Shown piece after piece: positions 1 to 8,588 of a stretch of DNA of 64,000 nt (positions within the stretch are counted from its first letter, which is position 1; the number at the start of each line of letters is the position of its first letter). The translations under genes were made by a program, and so were the position numbers. The notes under the pieces are model-generated. The model was not told the DNA's origin. It did not search any database and saw nothing but the letters and a program-made list of their open reading frames with translations. This stretch comes from Bacilli bacterium (GTDB lineage: Bacteria > Bacillota_I > Bacilli_A > RFN20 > CAG-826): contig JALCDB010000005.1 of the NCBI GenBank assembly GCA_022641095.1, forward strand, positions 3,766 through 67,765, written 5' to 3'.

Positions 1-870
1 GCTGCCCATCATGATCTGATTGAGCGAAGGTCCGGTGGCTTCCCGCGGATAATGCGAGGTCACGATGTTTCCGATCGGGGTCGCGTAGCGTTGGCTGAGG
101 ACGATGTCCTCGATCTTGCCGTAATAGGTGCTGTTTTGCCCCGCGCCCCTCGTGACGACCCAGCCGCCCACCGAACTGTGCTCGAAGGACTGCGGGAAGT
201 GCCCGCAGGTGTAGGCCCTCTTGCCATGGCCGTCTTTTTGGCAATCGTTCAGCCATTTCTCAAGATCGGGCCCCGAAAGCCCGGTTTGGACGGTGATGGT
301 CTGATCGGTCTCGTTGAAAGAGAGGACTTTGTTGTACCGGAGCCGCATGTCGAGCGAGAGACCGCCCTTCATGCATTCGACCCCGCGGGTGACGGAGGAG
401 CCGCCGCCGTAGACGTAAAGGGGGATTTTCCTCTTTGCGCAGTAAGCGACCGTCTTCTCGATTTGCTCTCGCGCGTCGGGATAGACGACCGCGTCCGGGA
501 CGTTTTCGATTTTCTTTTGCCGGAGACGGAGCAGGTCGTACATGGTCTTCCCATAGGCGACCGACAGCCTTGAGTAGGGGTCCGTTCTCACGTAATCCTT
601 GCCGTATATCGACTCAAGGAACGCCATATCCTCGGCGGTGAGGACTTTAGGCGCGGCTTGGAAATCGACCGTGTCGAGGCCTAGGCTCTCGCTATAGTGG
701 TCGAAATCCTTGTCCGTCATCCCAAAACGGCTCTTCAGCATTTTGTACAGGCTCTCCTTCGGCACCTTCACGAAATCGGGGTCGCCCCATTTGAAGATGC
801 TGCGATAACTCTTTGGGGGCACTTTCCCGTAGTACCATTTCGGCTCGAATCCCTTGTATGGTTTGCTCAT
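1..870 (-). CDS. FAD-binding oxidoreductase, FAD-linked oxidase family (alkyl-DHAP synthase/GlcD-like); N-terminal part only, gene runs off window start
   Basis: Absent from the ORF track because it is open to the window edge. Reverse translation from ATG 868-870 reads MSKPYKGFEPKWYYGKVPPKSYRSIFKWGDPDF...KIPLYVYGGGSSVTRG...HSSVGGWVVTRGAGQNSTYYGKIED, matching PCMH-type FAD-binding oxidases. GGAGG at 880-884. Start lies 1 nt after the stop of the upstream DUF1667 gene. Confidence 0.7.
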   Translation of the reverse strand, partial: MSKPYKGFEPKWYYGKVPPKSYRSIFKWGDPDFVKVPKESLYKMLKSRFGMTDKDFDHYSESLGLDTVDFQAAPKVLTAEDMAFLESIYGKDYVRTDPYSRLSVAYGKTMYDLLRLRQKKIENVPDAVVYPDAREQIEKTVAYCAKRKIPLYVYGGGSSVTRGVECMKGGLSLDMRLRYNKVLSFNETDQTITVQTGLSGPDLEKWLNDCQKDGHGKRAYTCGHFPQSFEHSSVGGWVVTRGAGQNSTYYGKIEDIVLSQRYATPIGNIVTSHYPREATGPSLNQIMMGS

Positions 871-871
871 G

Positions 872-1228
872 TTATTTTTCCTCCTTTAACATTGGCGATG
901 TGGTGATAAGGTCGGCTTTTGTCCCCAAAACGTGGGGAATCACGACGGAATCGATCGGCAAAGGTTCCGTGACGACGGCTTTGTTGATTTCCTTCATGAG
1001 GTCGGGGATCAGTTTCTTGGGGATCTCCACGGACGTGCGGACCGAGATGACGGGGTAGCCCTTCACCGTGGTGCGAACGCTGGAGCAGACGGTCCGGGTC
1101 GGATTCACGCACTCGGCTTCCGCGTATTTGGCGCCCCGGGGGCAGCGATTGCCCGTGCAGACGCGTTTGACTTCGTCATAGACGAGCGAGCAGCCATTGG
1201 GGCAGACGATGCAAGTGAACTCCCTCAT
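872..1228 (-). CDS. DUF1667 domain protein (small Cys-rich partner of GlpA-like oxidoreductase pairs)
   Basis: 118 aa. Cys-rich N-terminus FTCIVCPNGC...CTGNRCPRG. 4-nt overlap with the upstream gene. Sits in the conserved three-gene context with two FAD oxidoreductases. Confidence 0.75.
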   Translation of the reverse strand: MREFTCIVCPNGCSLVYDEVKRVCTGNRCPRGAKYAEAECVNPTRTVCSSVRTTVKGYPVISVRTSVEIPKKLIPDLMKEINKAVVTEPLPIDSVVIPHVLGTKADLITTSPMLKEEK

Positions 1229-2463
1229 TTTTTCATATCCTCCAATTCGAAGCGGACCGTCCCTTTGCGGGGCAGGCTCAAAACGAGCCGTTCCATCTCC
1301 GGCGGTCGGAGCGTGAGGAAGGGGCGCTTTAGGATTTCCTCTTTGTCGAGGTAGACCCTAAGCATCTTGTTTCTAAGGGTTTCTTTGACCCGGAAATAGA
1401 AGATGATATCCTTGACGTTTTTCCTGAAATCGACGACTTCCGGGACGACGTAGCCGAAACCGGCGCCGATCTCGACGGGAACGGCTCCGCTCTTTTCTTC
1501 TTTCGTCGTGGCGGCGGCTTTCCCCGCGATTTCGCCCGACTCGCTCACGTAATCGGCCAAGTCGTTGACGTGCATCGCGTTGCCGCAGGTGTAGATTCCG
1601 GGGATTTCGGTCATGAACTCCTGATCCACGACCGGCCCCTTGGTGACGGGACTAAGGGGAACGCCCAAGGTTTTGGCGAGCTCGTTTTCGGGGATCAGAC
1701 CGACTGAGAGGATGAGGGAGTCGCATTTGACGATTCTCTCCGTTCCTTCGATAGGGTTCATCTTCGCGTCCACCTCCGCGATCTCGACCGCTTCGAGGCG
1801 GTCCACCCCGAACACGCGGGTCACCGTGTGGCTGAGATGAAGCGGGATGGAGAAGTCGGTCAGGCATTGGGCGATGTTGCGGGCGAGGCCCGAAGGGGCG
1901 CTCTTGGCTTCGTAGACGCCTTCGACTTCCCCGCCCTCAAGGGTGATGCGACGGGCCATGATGAGGCCGATGTCGCCCGAACCTAAGATGACGCACTTCC
2001 TTACGGGCATGAGGCCCATGATGTTGATGTAATACTGACACTGACCCGCGGTCATGACCCCGGTTGGGTTGGTGCCATGGATCGAAACCTGCTTCGACGT
2101 CCTTTCGCGGCATCCGGTGGCCAAAATCAGCTTCCCGCTCTTATAGGTGAAGACCCCCTCGGGTTTCACGACGGTGACGGCAAAGCCCGGATCGAGTTTC
2201 TCGATGCGGGTCACGAAAGTGAGCAAACTCACTTCCGCCCTGCTCGAGCGAAGTTTCCGGACTTCGCGGTAAGCGTATTCCGGACCGGCGAGTTTCTCGC
2301 CGTAGCGGGTCACTCCGAATCCGTCATGGATGCATTGCTTAAGGATGCCGCCCAGAGCGGCCTCGCGTTCGATAAGGAGGGTTTTGGCCCCGTTATCGGC
2401 GGCGCTTTTGGCGGCGGCGAGGCCGGCTGGCCCCCCGCCGATCACGATGACGTCGTAATCCAT
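1225..2463 (-). CDS. FAD/NAD(P)-binding pyridine nucleotide-disulfide-type oxidoreductase
   Basis: 412 aa. N-terminal GxGxxG (VIVIGGGPAGLAAA) and a second dinucleotide fold (ILGSGDIGL). Directly abuts the upstream GlpA-like gene. Confidence 0.8.
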   Translation of the reverse strand: MDYDVIVIGGGPAGLAAAKSAADNGAKTLLIEREAALGGILKQCIHDGFGVTRYGEKLAGPEYAYREVRKLRSSRAEVSLLTFVTRIEKLDPGFAVTVVKPEGVFTYKSGKLILATGCRERTSKQVSIHGTNPTGVMTAGQCQYYINIMGLMPVRKCVILGSGDIGLIMARRITLEGGEVEGVYEAKSAPSGLARNIAQCLTDFSIPLHLSHTVTRVFGVDRLEAVEIAEVDAKMNPIEGTERIVKCDSLILSVGLIPENELAKTLGVPLSPVTKGPVVDQEFMTEIPGIYTCGNAMHVNDLADYVSESGEIAGKAAATTKEEKSGAVPVEIGAGFGYVVPEVVDFRKNVKDIIFYFRVKETLRNKMLRVYLDKEEILKRPFLTLRPPEMERLVLSLPRKGTVRFELEDMKK

Positions 2464-4173
2464 TTACCGATCCTCCTTCGTGTGACGGAAGAATAGCTTC
2501 CCTTCGCCTTTTTTCGCGATGGAAAGGAGATCGCGCTTTTCCTCGCGAGCCATGATGGACACCACGAGCGGCTGGCAGAAGCCGCCTTGGCAGCGGCCCA
2601 TTCCGGCCCTTGCCCTCCGCTTCACCCCATCGACGGTGGTGGGCGGGATGAGCGAATGGATGGCGTCGACGATCTCGCCCTCCGATATCTCCTCGCAACG
2701 GCAGACGATATGGCCGTACGCCGGGTTCTTTTTGATCAGTTCGTCGCGTTCCTTGTCGCTTAGTTCGCGGGTGCGAATCGGCCCTTTCCTGATCGGGTCC
2801 CAGTTTTTCTTTTTGGCGAGGCCAAGCATTTCGCCCGCCCACTTGGCGACGTCTTGGGCGATGGCCGGGGCCGCGGTGAGGCCCGGCGACTGGATGCCGG
2901 AGGCTTCGATGGCGTTAGAGGTCCATTTGCCTTTTTGGACGACGAAATCCTCTTCGTAAGTCGCGGCGCGGACGCCTGAGAAATAAGTGATGATATCCCG
3001 TTGCGACAAGCCCCTAATGATGTGCTGCTGCTTGGCGAAGACGGCGTTGACGCTTTCCCTTGCGGTCGAATAGTCCTCGCGGTCGGGAACCTCGACGGCG
3101 TCCGGGCCCACGAGGGCGTTCCTTTCGGCGGTCGGCATCACGGCCCCGCCTTTGCTATGGGTCTTCGCGTATTCGCCAAGCTTAGGGTAGACGGTGGTTG
3201 AGGTCTTGCTCAGATGGGGTTCCGCGGCCTTATCGAGGATCGAATCCGTCCCTTTCCGGGGGTGGATTGAGAAGAAGCGATCACCCATCATGTCGGCGAC
3301 GACGTCGCTATAGGTTCCGGCGGCGTTGATCACCACCTTTGGGAAGATGGTGCCCCGGTTCGTCGCGACGGAGACGACCTTGCGGTTTTCGACCTTCATG
3401 CTTTCGACGATGGTGCTCAAGGAGACTCTGGCCCCGTTTTTGACGGCTGATTCGCCCAAAGCGACCGTAAGCTCGTAGGGTGAGGTGCAGGCCCCGCCTG
3501 GAAGATAAACCCCGAACTTGATGTCGTCGGCGAGGCGGGGTTCGATTTTCATGAACTTTTTGCGTCCCATGACGATCGCCCCGCCCGGAACGCGGTTGGC
3601 CTTGGCTTGGTGGCGCATGAAAATCCCGACGGGCAGGCGAAGCCAGGCGTTGGTGAAGCCGACCGATTGGCCGTCTTGATGGTATGGAACGTCGAGATCT
3701 TTGCACATTTGCTCGTAAAAGGCGCGCGCCCTGATGAGATATTTCAGTTTCTTGCTTCCTTTATGGAGATCGATGCCGACGTGGACGCAGCCATCGTTGC
3801 GGGAACTGGCCCCCATCGCAAGATCCTCTTCCTTTTCGACGAGGAGGGCGCTGCAATCGTATTTGGACAGTTCGCGGAGGATCGCGCACCCCACGACCCC
3901 ACCGCCGACGACGAGGACGTCAACTTTGAGGCCATCGAGGCTTTTATCTTTGATCGATGGGGCTTTGATCGGCTTTTCCTTATAGCCCTTCAGTTTGATG
4001 TCGTTGATAATCCCGTAGAAATAGTGGGTTTTGGCGGCCATCTGACCCGCGCGGACCTTATCCATGTACGCATTAGCTTCCCCGGTGAGGACGAGGCAGT
4101 CGTCTTTGGCCTCCACCTTAAAAGATGGGTATTCCTTGGCGAGGCGCTTTTGGAATTTGGCTAGCTTATTCAT
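2464..4173 (-). CDS. FAD-dependent glycerol-3-phosphate dehydrogenase/oxidase-like oxidoreductase with C-terminal BFD-like [2Fe-2S] domain
   Basis: 569 aa. FAD motif VLVVGGGVVGCA, DAO-type body, and C-terminal CRCEEISEGEI...GMGRCQGGFC. ATGA overlap with tetR upstream. Confidence 0.75.
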   Translation of the reverse strand: MNKLAKFQKRLAKEYPSFKVEAKDDCLVLTGEANAYMDKVRAGQMAAKTHYFYGIINDIKLKGYKEKPIKAPSIKDKSLDGLKVDVLVVGGGVVGCAILRELSKYDCSALLVEKEEDLAMGASSRNDGCVHVGIDLHKGSKKLKYLIRARAFYEQMCKDLDVPYHQDGQSVGFTNAWLRLPVGIFMRHQAKANRVPGGAIVMGRKKFMKIEPRLADDIKFGVYLPGGACTSPYELTVALGESAVKNGARVSLSTIVESMKVENRKVVSVATNRGTIFPKVVINAAGTYSDVVADMMGDRFFSIHPRKGTDSILDKAAEPHLSKTSTTVYPKLGEYAKTHSKGGAVMPTAERNALVGPDAVEVPDREDYSTARESVNAVFAKQQHIIRGLSQRDIITYFSGVRAATYEEDFVVQKGKWTSNAIEASGIQSPGLTAAPAIAQDVAKWAGEMLGLAKKKNWDPIRKGPIRTRELSDKERDELIKKNPAYGHIVCRCEEISEGEIVDAIHSLIPPTTVDGVKRRARAGMGRCQGGFCQPLVVSIMAREEKRDLLSIAKKGEGKLFFRHTKEDR

Positions 4174-4745
4174 GCTTTCGCTCCTTTTTCGAGGACGATG
4201 GACTTCATTCGCTCGGCCATCTCTTCGTCGTCGTGGCTAAGCGCCTCCTCCATGACCATGCCGTCAATGAGGAGCATGAGGGTATACGCGAAGCCCTCCT
4301 TGTCCTTGGTCTCAGGAAACACTTTCGCGATGCCTTCGAGGATTTTCCTCTCCCAACTCTCCCATAACTCGACGTAACGGTCGCGAAGGGACTCGTTCCC
4401 TCGCATGCATTCGTTCACGATGTAAATCTGCATCTTGGAGCGGTTGAACAGTTTGACGCCCTTGTAGAAGATGACGTCAAGAAAACGTTCTTCGCTGATC
4501 TGGTCGTCCTTATGGCGCGCGAACCAATCGAGGTAATCCTTTGAGAGCTGGCTCATGTGCTCTTCCATGATGTCGAGGATGAGTTCGTCCTTGGTGGGGT
4601 AGTGGTAGTAGAGGGTGCCTTTGGAGATGCCCATCGTTTTGGCGAGGTCGGCCAGCGAAAAGTCATTGGCTCCCTTGTCGAGGATAAGCCGTTCCGCCGT
4701 GGCGATGAATTTGCCGCGATCCATATCGTTCCTTCGCTTCGCCAT
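4170..4745 (-). CDS. TetR/AcrR family transcriptional regulator
   Basis: HTH signature FSLADLAKTMGISKGTLYYHYPTKDELI. I prefer start MAKRR at 4745 (GGGAGG at 4752-4757) over the ORF-track start at 4784. Confidence 0.85.
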   Translation of the reverse strand: MAKRRNDMDRGKFIATAERLILDKGANDFSLADLAKTMGISKGTLYYHYPTKDELILDIMEEHMSQLSKDYLDWFARHKDDQISEERFLDVIFYKGVKLFNRSKMQIYIVNECMRGNESLRDRYVELWESWERKILEGIAKVFPETKDKEGFAYTLMLLIDGMVMEEALSHDDEEMAERMKSIVLEKGAKA

Positions 4746-4760
4746 AATGGGCCTCCCACA

Positions 4761-4784
4761 TTCAGTCGGGCAACCGCCCGACAC
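4761..4784. promoter_or_regulatory. Inverted repeat TTCAGTCGGGCAACCGCCCGACAC, candidate TetR operator
   Basis: Arms GTCGGGC/GCCCGAC are a perfect 7-bp match. Lies between a TATAAT-like box (minus strand, ~4786-4800) and the tetR SD. A related copy lies at 4944-4967. Confidence 0.4.
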
Positions 4785-4943
4785 GCATATTATTATATTA
4801 GGACACTGAAAGGGCTTTCACAAGGGGCGATTGCGAGTGATCCCGCTAAGTTAAATCCGCGAAAATCCAGGCAATTGACGGTTTTCTGGTTTTCTGGCTT
4901 TTTTCTTTTTCATAAATCACTCGATACCCGCTAAGCAATTCGT

Positions 4944-4967
4944 TTCAGTCGGTTTTGGGCCGACAAC
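4944..4967. promoter_or_regulatory. Second inverted repeat TTCAGTCGGTTTTGGGCCGACAAC, related to 4761-4784
   Basis: Shares the 9-nt TTCAGTCGG left end and the CCGACA right arm with the first site. Lies upstream of hypB in the same divergent spacer. Confidence 0.35.
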
Positions 4968-5023
4968 ATCTATCTCATTTCTTCCTATTCTTGGTTACAA
5001 TTATTAGATAGGAGATTATTCAT

Positions 5024-5698
5024 ATGGGTGATGTTCGCGTGATTAAGGTCAAGCAGTCGGTTTTCGCGAACAACGATGCGCGGGCCGACGAGTTGCGGCG
5101 GAAGCTTAAGGCCAAAAAAGTCTTTTTGATCAACCTGATGTCAAGTCCCGGAAGCGGGAAGACGACGATGCTCGTCTCGCTTATCAACCGGCTCAAGGAC
5201 AAGCTCCGCATCGGGGTCATGGAAGCGGACATGGACGCGGTCGTGGACGCCAAGACGATTGAGACCAAGACCGGCGTCAAGACGATTCAACTCCATACTT
5301 CGGGCGAATGCCACCTCGATGCCAAAATGACCGAGGAGGGCGTCGAAAGCTTTGGGGTCGATGGGCTTGACCTCGTGATCCTCGAGAACATCGGCAATCT
5401 CGTTTGCCCCGCCGAATTCGATACCGGGGCCACTCTCAACATGACGATCCTCTCAATCCCGGAGGGCGATGACAAACCGCTCAAATACCCTCTCATGTTT
5501 ACCGTGAGCACCCTTTTCGTTTTCTCGAAGATGGATGCCGTCTCCTTCTTCGACTTCGACCTCAAGAAGGCCGAAGAGAGGATCCTTAGACTCAATAAAA
5601 AAGCCGTTTTCTTCCCCATCAGCGCCAAAACCGGCATGGGCATGGACGAACTCGCCGCCTACATCGAAAAGGAAGTCCGGGCTTACCAAAAGGCCTAA
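5024..5698 (+). CDS. hypB: Hydrogenase/nickel-enzyme maturation GTPase HypB
   Basis: 224 aa. P-loop SSPGSGKTTML, ENIGNLVCPAEFD and SKMD motifs. GGAG SD upstream. Confidence 0.9.
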   Translation: MGDVRVIKVKQSVFANNDARADELRRKLKAKKVFLINLMSSPGSGKTTMLVSLINRLKDKLRIGVMEADMDAVVDAKTIETKTGVKTIQLHTSGECHLDAKMTEEGVESFGVDGLDLVILENIGNLVCPAEFDTGATLNMTILSIPEGDDKPLKYPLMFTVSTLFVFSKMDAVSFFDFDLKKAEERILRLNKKAVFFPISAKTGMGMDELAAYIEKEVRAYQKA

Positions 5699-5734
5699 AG
5701 ACATAAAATAGGGAAATCCAAGGAGACAACCATT

Positions 5735-8182
5735 ATGGCAGATGAGGTCAAATTGCAGAGCGATCAGAAGCATGCCGAGGAACGCTACAAAAACGGCAAG
5801 GCCAAGAACGTCGGCATGGCCCCCGGGACCAAGGAGCGGAAGATCATCACTAAGTTATGCAACCATATCCAGGACCTGCCGGGCGTCATTGTGCGTCCTG
5901 GCGACCCAGAGTACAACGCGTTGGCCTGCTGCGTGAGCGACGAGGAAGCCAAAGTCGCCCTCACGATGAAGCTGAGGAAGCACTACAGCCTTCCCACTCT
6001 CTGCAAAAAGAACCGGATGAGCCCCGAGAAACTGCTCCCGATTCTGGAGCACGCGGCCCTTCTTGGGTTGCTCACCGAGGATCCCACCGACCCCGAAGTC
6101 GAACCAGGGCCCGATGGCAAACCCCAGAAAGGCTTCTGGTACACCATTTTCGTCCCCGGCATCCTCGAAGCCATGGTCGGGAACGTCAAACTCGTTGAGA
6201 AATACCCGATAATCGCCGAATCGTTCAGCGAATACACGATCCGGCGCATCATCCCTTTGACGGGGAATCTTCCGGTCGGCCACGGCGTCATGCGCGTCAT
6301 CCCGGTCGAGTCCGCGATCAAAGATAACCCCAAACACGCCGTTGGCGAGGAAGTGAGCCACTACGTTGAGTCCGCGACCGACATTTGCGTCTCCAATTGC
6401 TCGTGCCGCGTCACCAGGCGCCTTCAGGGCGAAGGATGCGGCCACCTCGAGAAAGACATGTGCCTTCAGTTCAACGAGGCCGCCCGCGACTTCATCAAGA
6501 CCGGCCGTGGCCGCCGCATCAGCAAAGAGGAATGCTACGCCATCATCAAAAAGGCCGAGGACAACGGTCTGATGCACGAATACCCCAACATCGACGGGGA
6601 GGCCAAGACGCATGCCATCTGCAACTGCTGCGGGTGCTCCTGCTTTTCGCTTCGTACCGGCGAGTACTTTCATACGAACACCCTCGTGAGGAGCAACTAT
6701 TGCTCCGTCATCGACCCCGATAAATGCGTCGCTTGTGGGGAGTGCGTCGAAGTTTGTCCGATGAACGCCCTTCGGATGGGCGAGCGCCTCGAGAACAAGA
6801 AGCCGATCCCCATCGCCGAGCCGCAAAGGGCTTATGACTACAAATGGGGCGCCGACAAGTGGAATCCCTATTACCGTTATGACCGCGAGTACGTCATGCG
6901 CGAGACGGGCACCGCCCCTTGCAAACTCGCCTGCCCGGCCCATATTTCGATCGAGGGCTATATCGAGCTCGCCAAGGAAGGGCGTTACGCCGAAGCGCTT
7001 GAGCTCATCAAAAAGAAGAATCCCTTTCCGGCCGTCTGCGGACGCGTTTGCAACAAAGCGTGTGAGGACGCCTGCACCCGGAGCACGATTGATGAGGCCG
7101 TCTCCATCGACGAAATCAAGAAATTCGTCGCTAAGCTCGACCTCGATCCGAAAACCCGGGTCCTTCCGCGCGTCGAGCACCCTGAGTTCCATGATATCAA
7201 AATGGCCGTCATCGGCGCTGGTCCCGCCGGTTTGAGCTGCGCCTATTATCTGGCCGCGAAAGGCTATTCGGTGACGGTGTTCGAGAAGGAAAAGGAACTC
7301 GGTGGCATGCTGACGCTCGGCATTCCTTCCTTCCGTCTCGAAAAGGATGTCGTGAACGCCGAAATCGATGTCATAAAGGATATGGGCGTCGAGTTCAAGA
7401 CCGGCGTGGAAGTTGGCAAGGATGTCACGATCCCCGGTCTTAAGAAAGACGGTTTCGCGGCGATTTACGTCGCGATCGGCGCCCAAGGCGGCCGCAAACT
7501 CGGAGTCGAAGGAGAGGACGCGAAAGGCGTTGTCTCCGGCGTCGACTTCCTCCGTTCCGTCAACCTTGGGAAAGGCGCGAGACTTCATGGCAAAGTCATC
7601 GTCATGGGTTCGGGCAACGTCGCGATCGACGTCGCCAGGACCGCCGTCCGGAGCGGAGCCAAGACGGTCGAGATTTATTGCCTTGAAAGCCGCGACGCCA
7701 TGCCGGCCGCCAAAGATGAGATCGCCGAGGCCGAGGAAGAAGGCGTCAAGATCAACAATATGTGGGGCGTCAAAGAGTTCCGCAAAGACGAAAAAGGCCG
7801 CCTTAAAGAGGCGGTGCTGAAAAAGTGCGTTTCCGTTTTCGATGCCGACCATAGATTCAACCCGGCCTATGATGAGAAGAACACAATCGCGGTTCCATGC
7901 GACTTCTTTCTCGCCGCGATCGGTCAGTCCTTCGAGTGGGGTCAACTCCTCCTCGGTACCAAGTGCGTCGTCAGCCACGGCCGTTTGCAAGCCGATCCGC
8001 TGACATACCAAACCGACGATCCTGACGTTTTCGTTGGCGGCGATTGCTACCATGGCACCCGTTTCGCGATCGACGCGATCGCCACGGGCCGCGAAGGCGC
8101 CGAATCGATGCACCGCCACGCCCATGAAGGCCAAAGCCTCATTATCGGCCGCGCGCAAAACCCCTATCTTGCCAAAATATGA
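5735..8182 (+). CDS. Multidomain Fe-S flavoprotein: Cys-rich N-terminal module + 4Fe-4S ferredoxin motif + GltD-like NAD(P)H/FAD oxidoreductase; reading frame appears interrupted at its 3' end
   Basis: 815 aa. Contains CNCCGCSC and CVACGECVEVCPMNAL clusters, a GltD N-terminal Fe-S region (CPAH...CGRVCNKAC), and dinucleotide folds VIGAGPAGLSCAYYL and VMGSGNVAIDVA. AAGGAGA SD upstream. See the frameshift finding. Confidence 0.8.
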   Translation: MADEVKLQSDQKHAEERYKNGKAKNVGMAPGTKERKIITKLCNHIQDLPGVIVRPGDPEYNALACCVSDEEAKVALTMKLRKHYSLPTLCKKNRMSPEKLLPILEHAALLGLLTEDPTDPEVEPGPDGKPQKGFWYTIFVPGILEAMVGNVKLVEKYPIIAESFSEYTIRRIIPLTGNLPVGHGVMRVIPVESAIKDNPKHAVGEEVSHYVESATDICVSNCSCRVTRRLQGEGCGHLEKDMCLQFNEAARDFIKTGRGRRISKEECYAIIKKAEDNGLMHEYPNIDGEAKTHAICNCCGCSCFSLRTGEYFHTNTLVRSNYCSVIDPDKCVACGECVEVCPMNALRMGERLENKKPIPIAEPQRAYDYKWGADKWNPYYRYDREYVMRETGTAPCKLACPAHISIEGYIELAKEGRYAEALELIKKKNPFPAVCGRVCNKACEDACTRSTIDEAVSIDEIKKFVAKLDLDPKTRVLPRVEHPEFHDIKMAVIGAGPAGLSCAYYLAAKGYSVTVFEKEKELGGMLTLGIPSFRLEKDVVNAEIDVIKDMGVEFKTGVEVGKDVTIPGLKKDGFAAIYVAIGAQGGRKLGVEGEDAKGVVSGVDFLRSVNLGKGARLHGKVIVMGSGNVAIDVARTAVRSGAKTVEIYCLESRDAMPAAKDEIAEAEEEGVKINNMWGVKEFRKDEKGRLKEAVLKKCVSVFDADHRFNPAYDEKNTIAVPCDFFLAAIGQSFEWGQLLLGTKCVVSHGRLQADPLTYQTDDPDVFVGGDCYHGTRFAIDAIATGREGAESMHRHAHEGQSLIIGRAQNPYLAKI

Positions 8183-8588
8183 GCTCGATAAGGATAACAT
8201 CGACGTTCAGGGCTGGGACAACACGCCGCGTCAGGAACCGGCCAAAATCAAGGTCGCCGACAAGATGCGCGATGACCGTTCCGTCTTCACCGAAGCGCAG
8301 CTCAAAGCCGAATGCGCCCGTTGCCTCAAATGCGGACGCACGTTCGTCGATGAGACGATGTGCGTCGGCTGCGGTCTGTGCACGACCCGTTGCAAGTTCG
8401 ACGCCATCCATCTTGAAAGACGATTCGATGAGCCGGGCGTCGTCTATGAGAAGATCGCCCCTTCGAGCGTTCCTCATATTTTGGCCCGCAACGTGAAAAT
8501 ACTCTTCACGGGGAAAGGCAAGCCAAAGAAAGTCGCCAAAGACAAAGCCGTCGAGGCCGCAAGGAAGCGAAAAGAGTCGATTCGCTGA
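8175..8588 (+). CDS. C-terminal 2x[4Fe-4S] ferredoxin-domain segment in the +1 frame relative to 5735..8182 (probable frameshifted continuation, or a separately initiated small subunit)
   Basis: Frame reads KYELDKDNIDVQGWDN...CARCLKCGRTF...CVGCGLCTTRCKFDAI. The only in-frame starts are ATG 8034 and ATG 8124 (both overlap the upstream ORF) or TTG 8169, and none has an SD. Its stop overlaps the hypA ATG (TGATG). Confidence 0.6.
   Translation, partial: KYELDKDNIDVQGWDNTPRQEPAKIKVADKMRDDRSVFTEAQLKAECARCLKCGRTFVDETMCVGCGLCTTRCKFDAIHLERRFDEPGVVYEKIAPSSVPHILARNVKILFTGKGKPKKVAKDKAVEAARKRKESIR

Noticed and set aside
52-573. Plus-strand 173-aa ORF at the start of the window.
   Set aside because: The minus strand here encodes a recognisable FAD-linked oxidase with an SD and operon linkage. 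The plus-strand ORF has no motifs.
4880-4897. Tandem GGTTTTCT x2 and other short direct repeats in the tetR-hypB spacer.
   Set aside because: Only two units are present, with no CRISPR-like spacing or array. I noted them as context for the operator finding only.
8180-8182. UGA-as-Trp recoding (genetic code 4), considered because of the Mollicutes-like traits.
   Set aside because: Many confident genes end at TGA at the expected family length (hypA, clpB, the PII-like gene, oppA). Reading through TGA 8180 only adds two codons before TAA.
5855-8200. Very long antisense ORFs: 781 aa here and 748 aa at 17300-19546. Others lie at 26366-27340, 27413-28663, 42391-43209, 43312-44088, 46708-47523, 49688-50773 and 51981-52847.
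   Set aside because: Each lies codon-for-codon opposite a gene with clear family motifs. Their translations are low-complexity (Gly/Ala/Asp/Val/Arg-rich) with no motifs, SD or promoter. They are typical shadow ORFs of GC-biased coding sequence.
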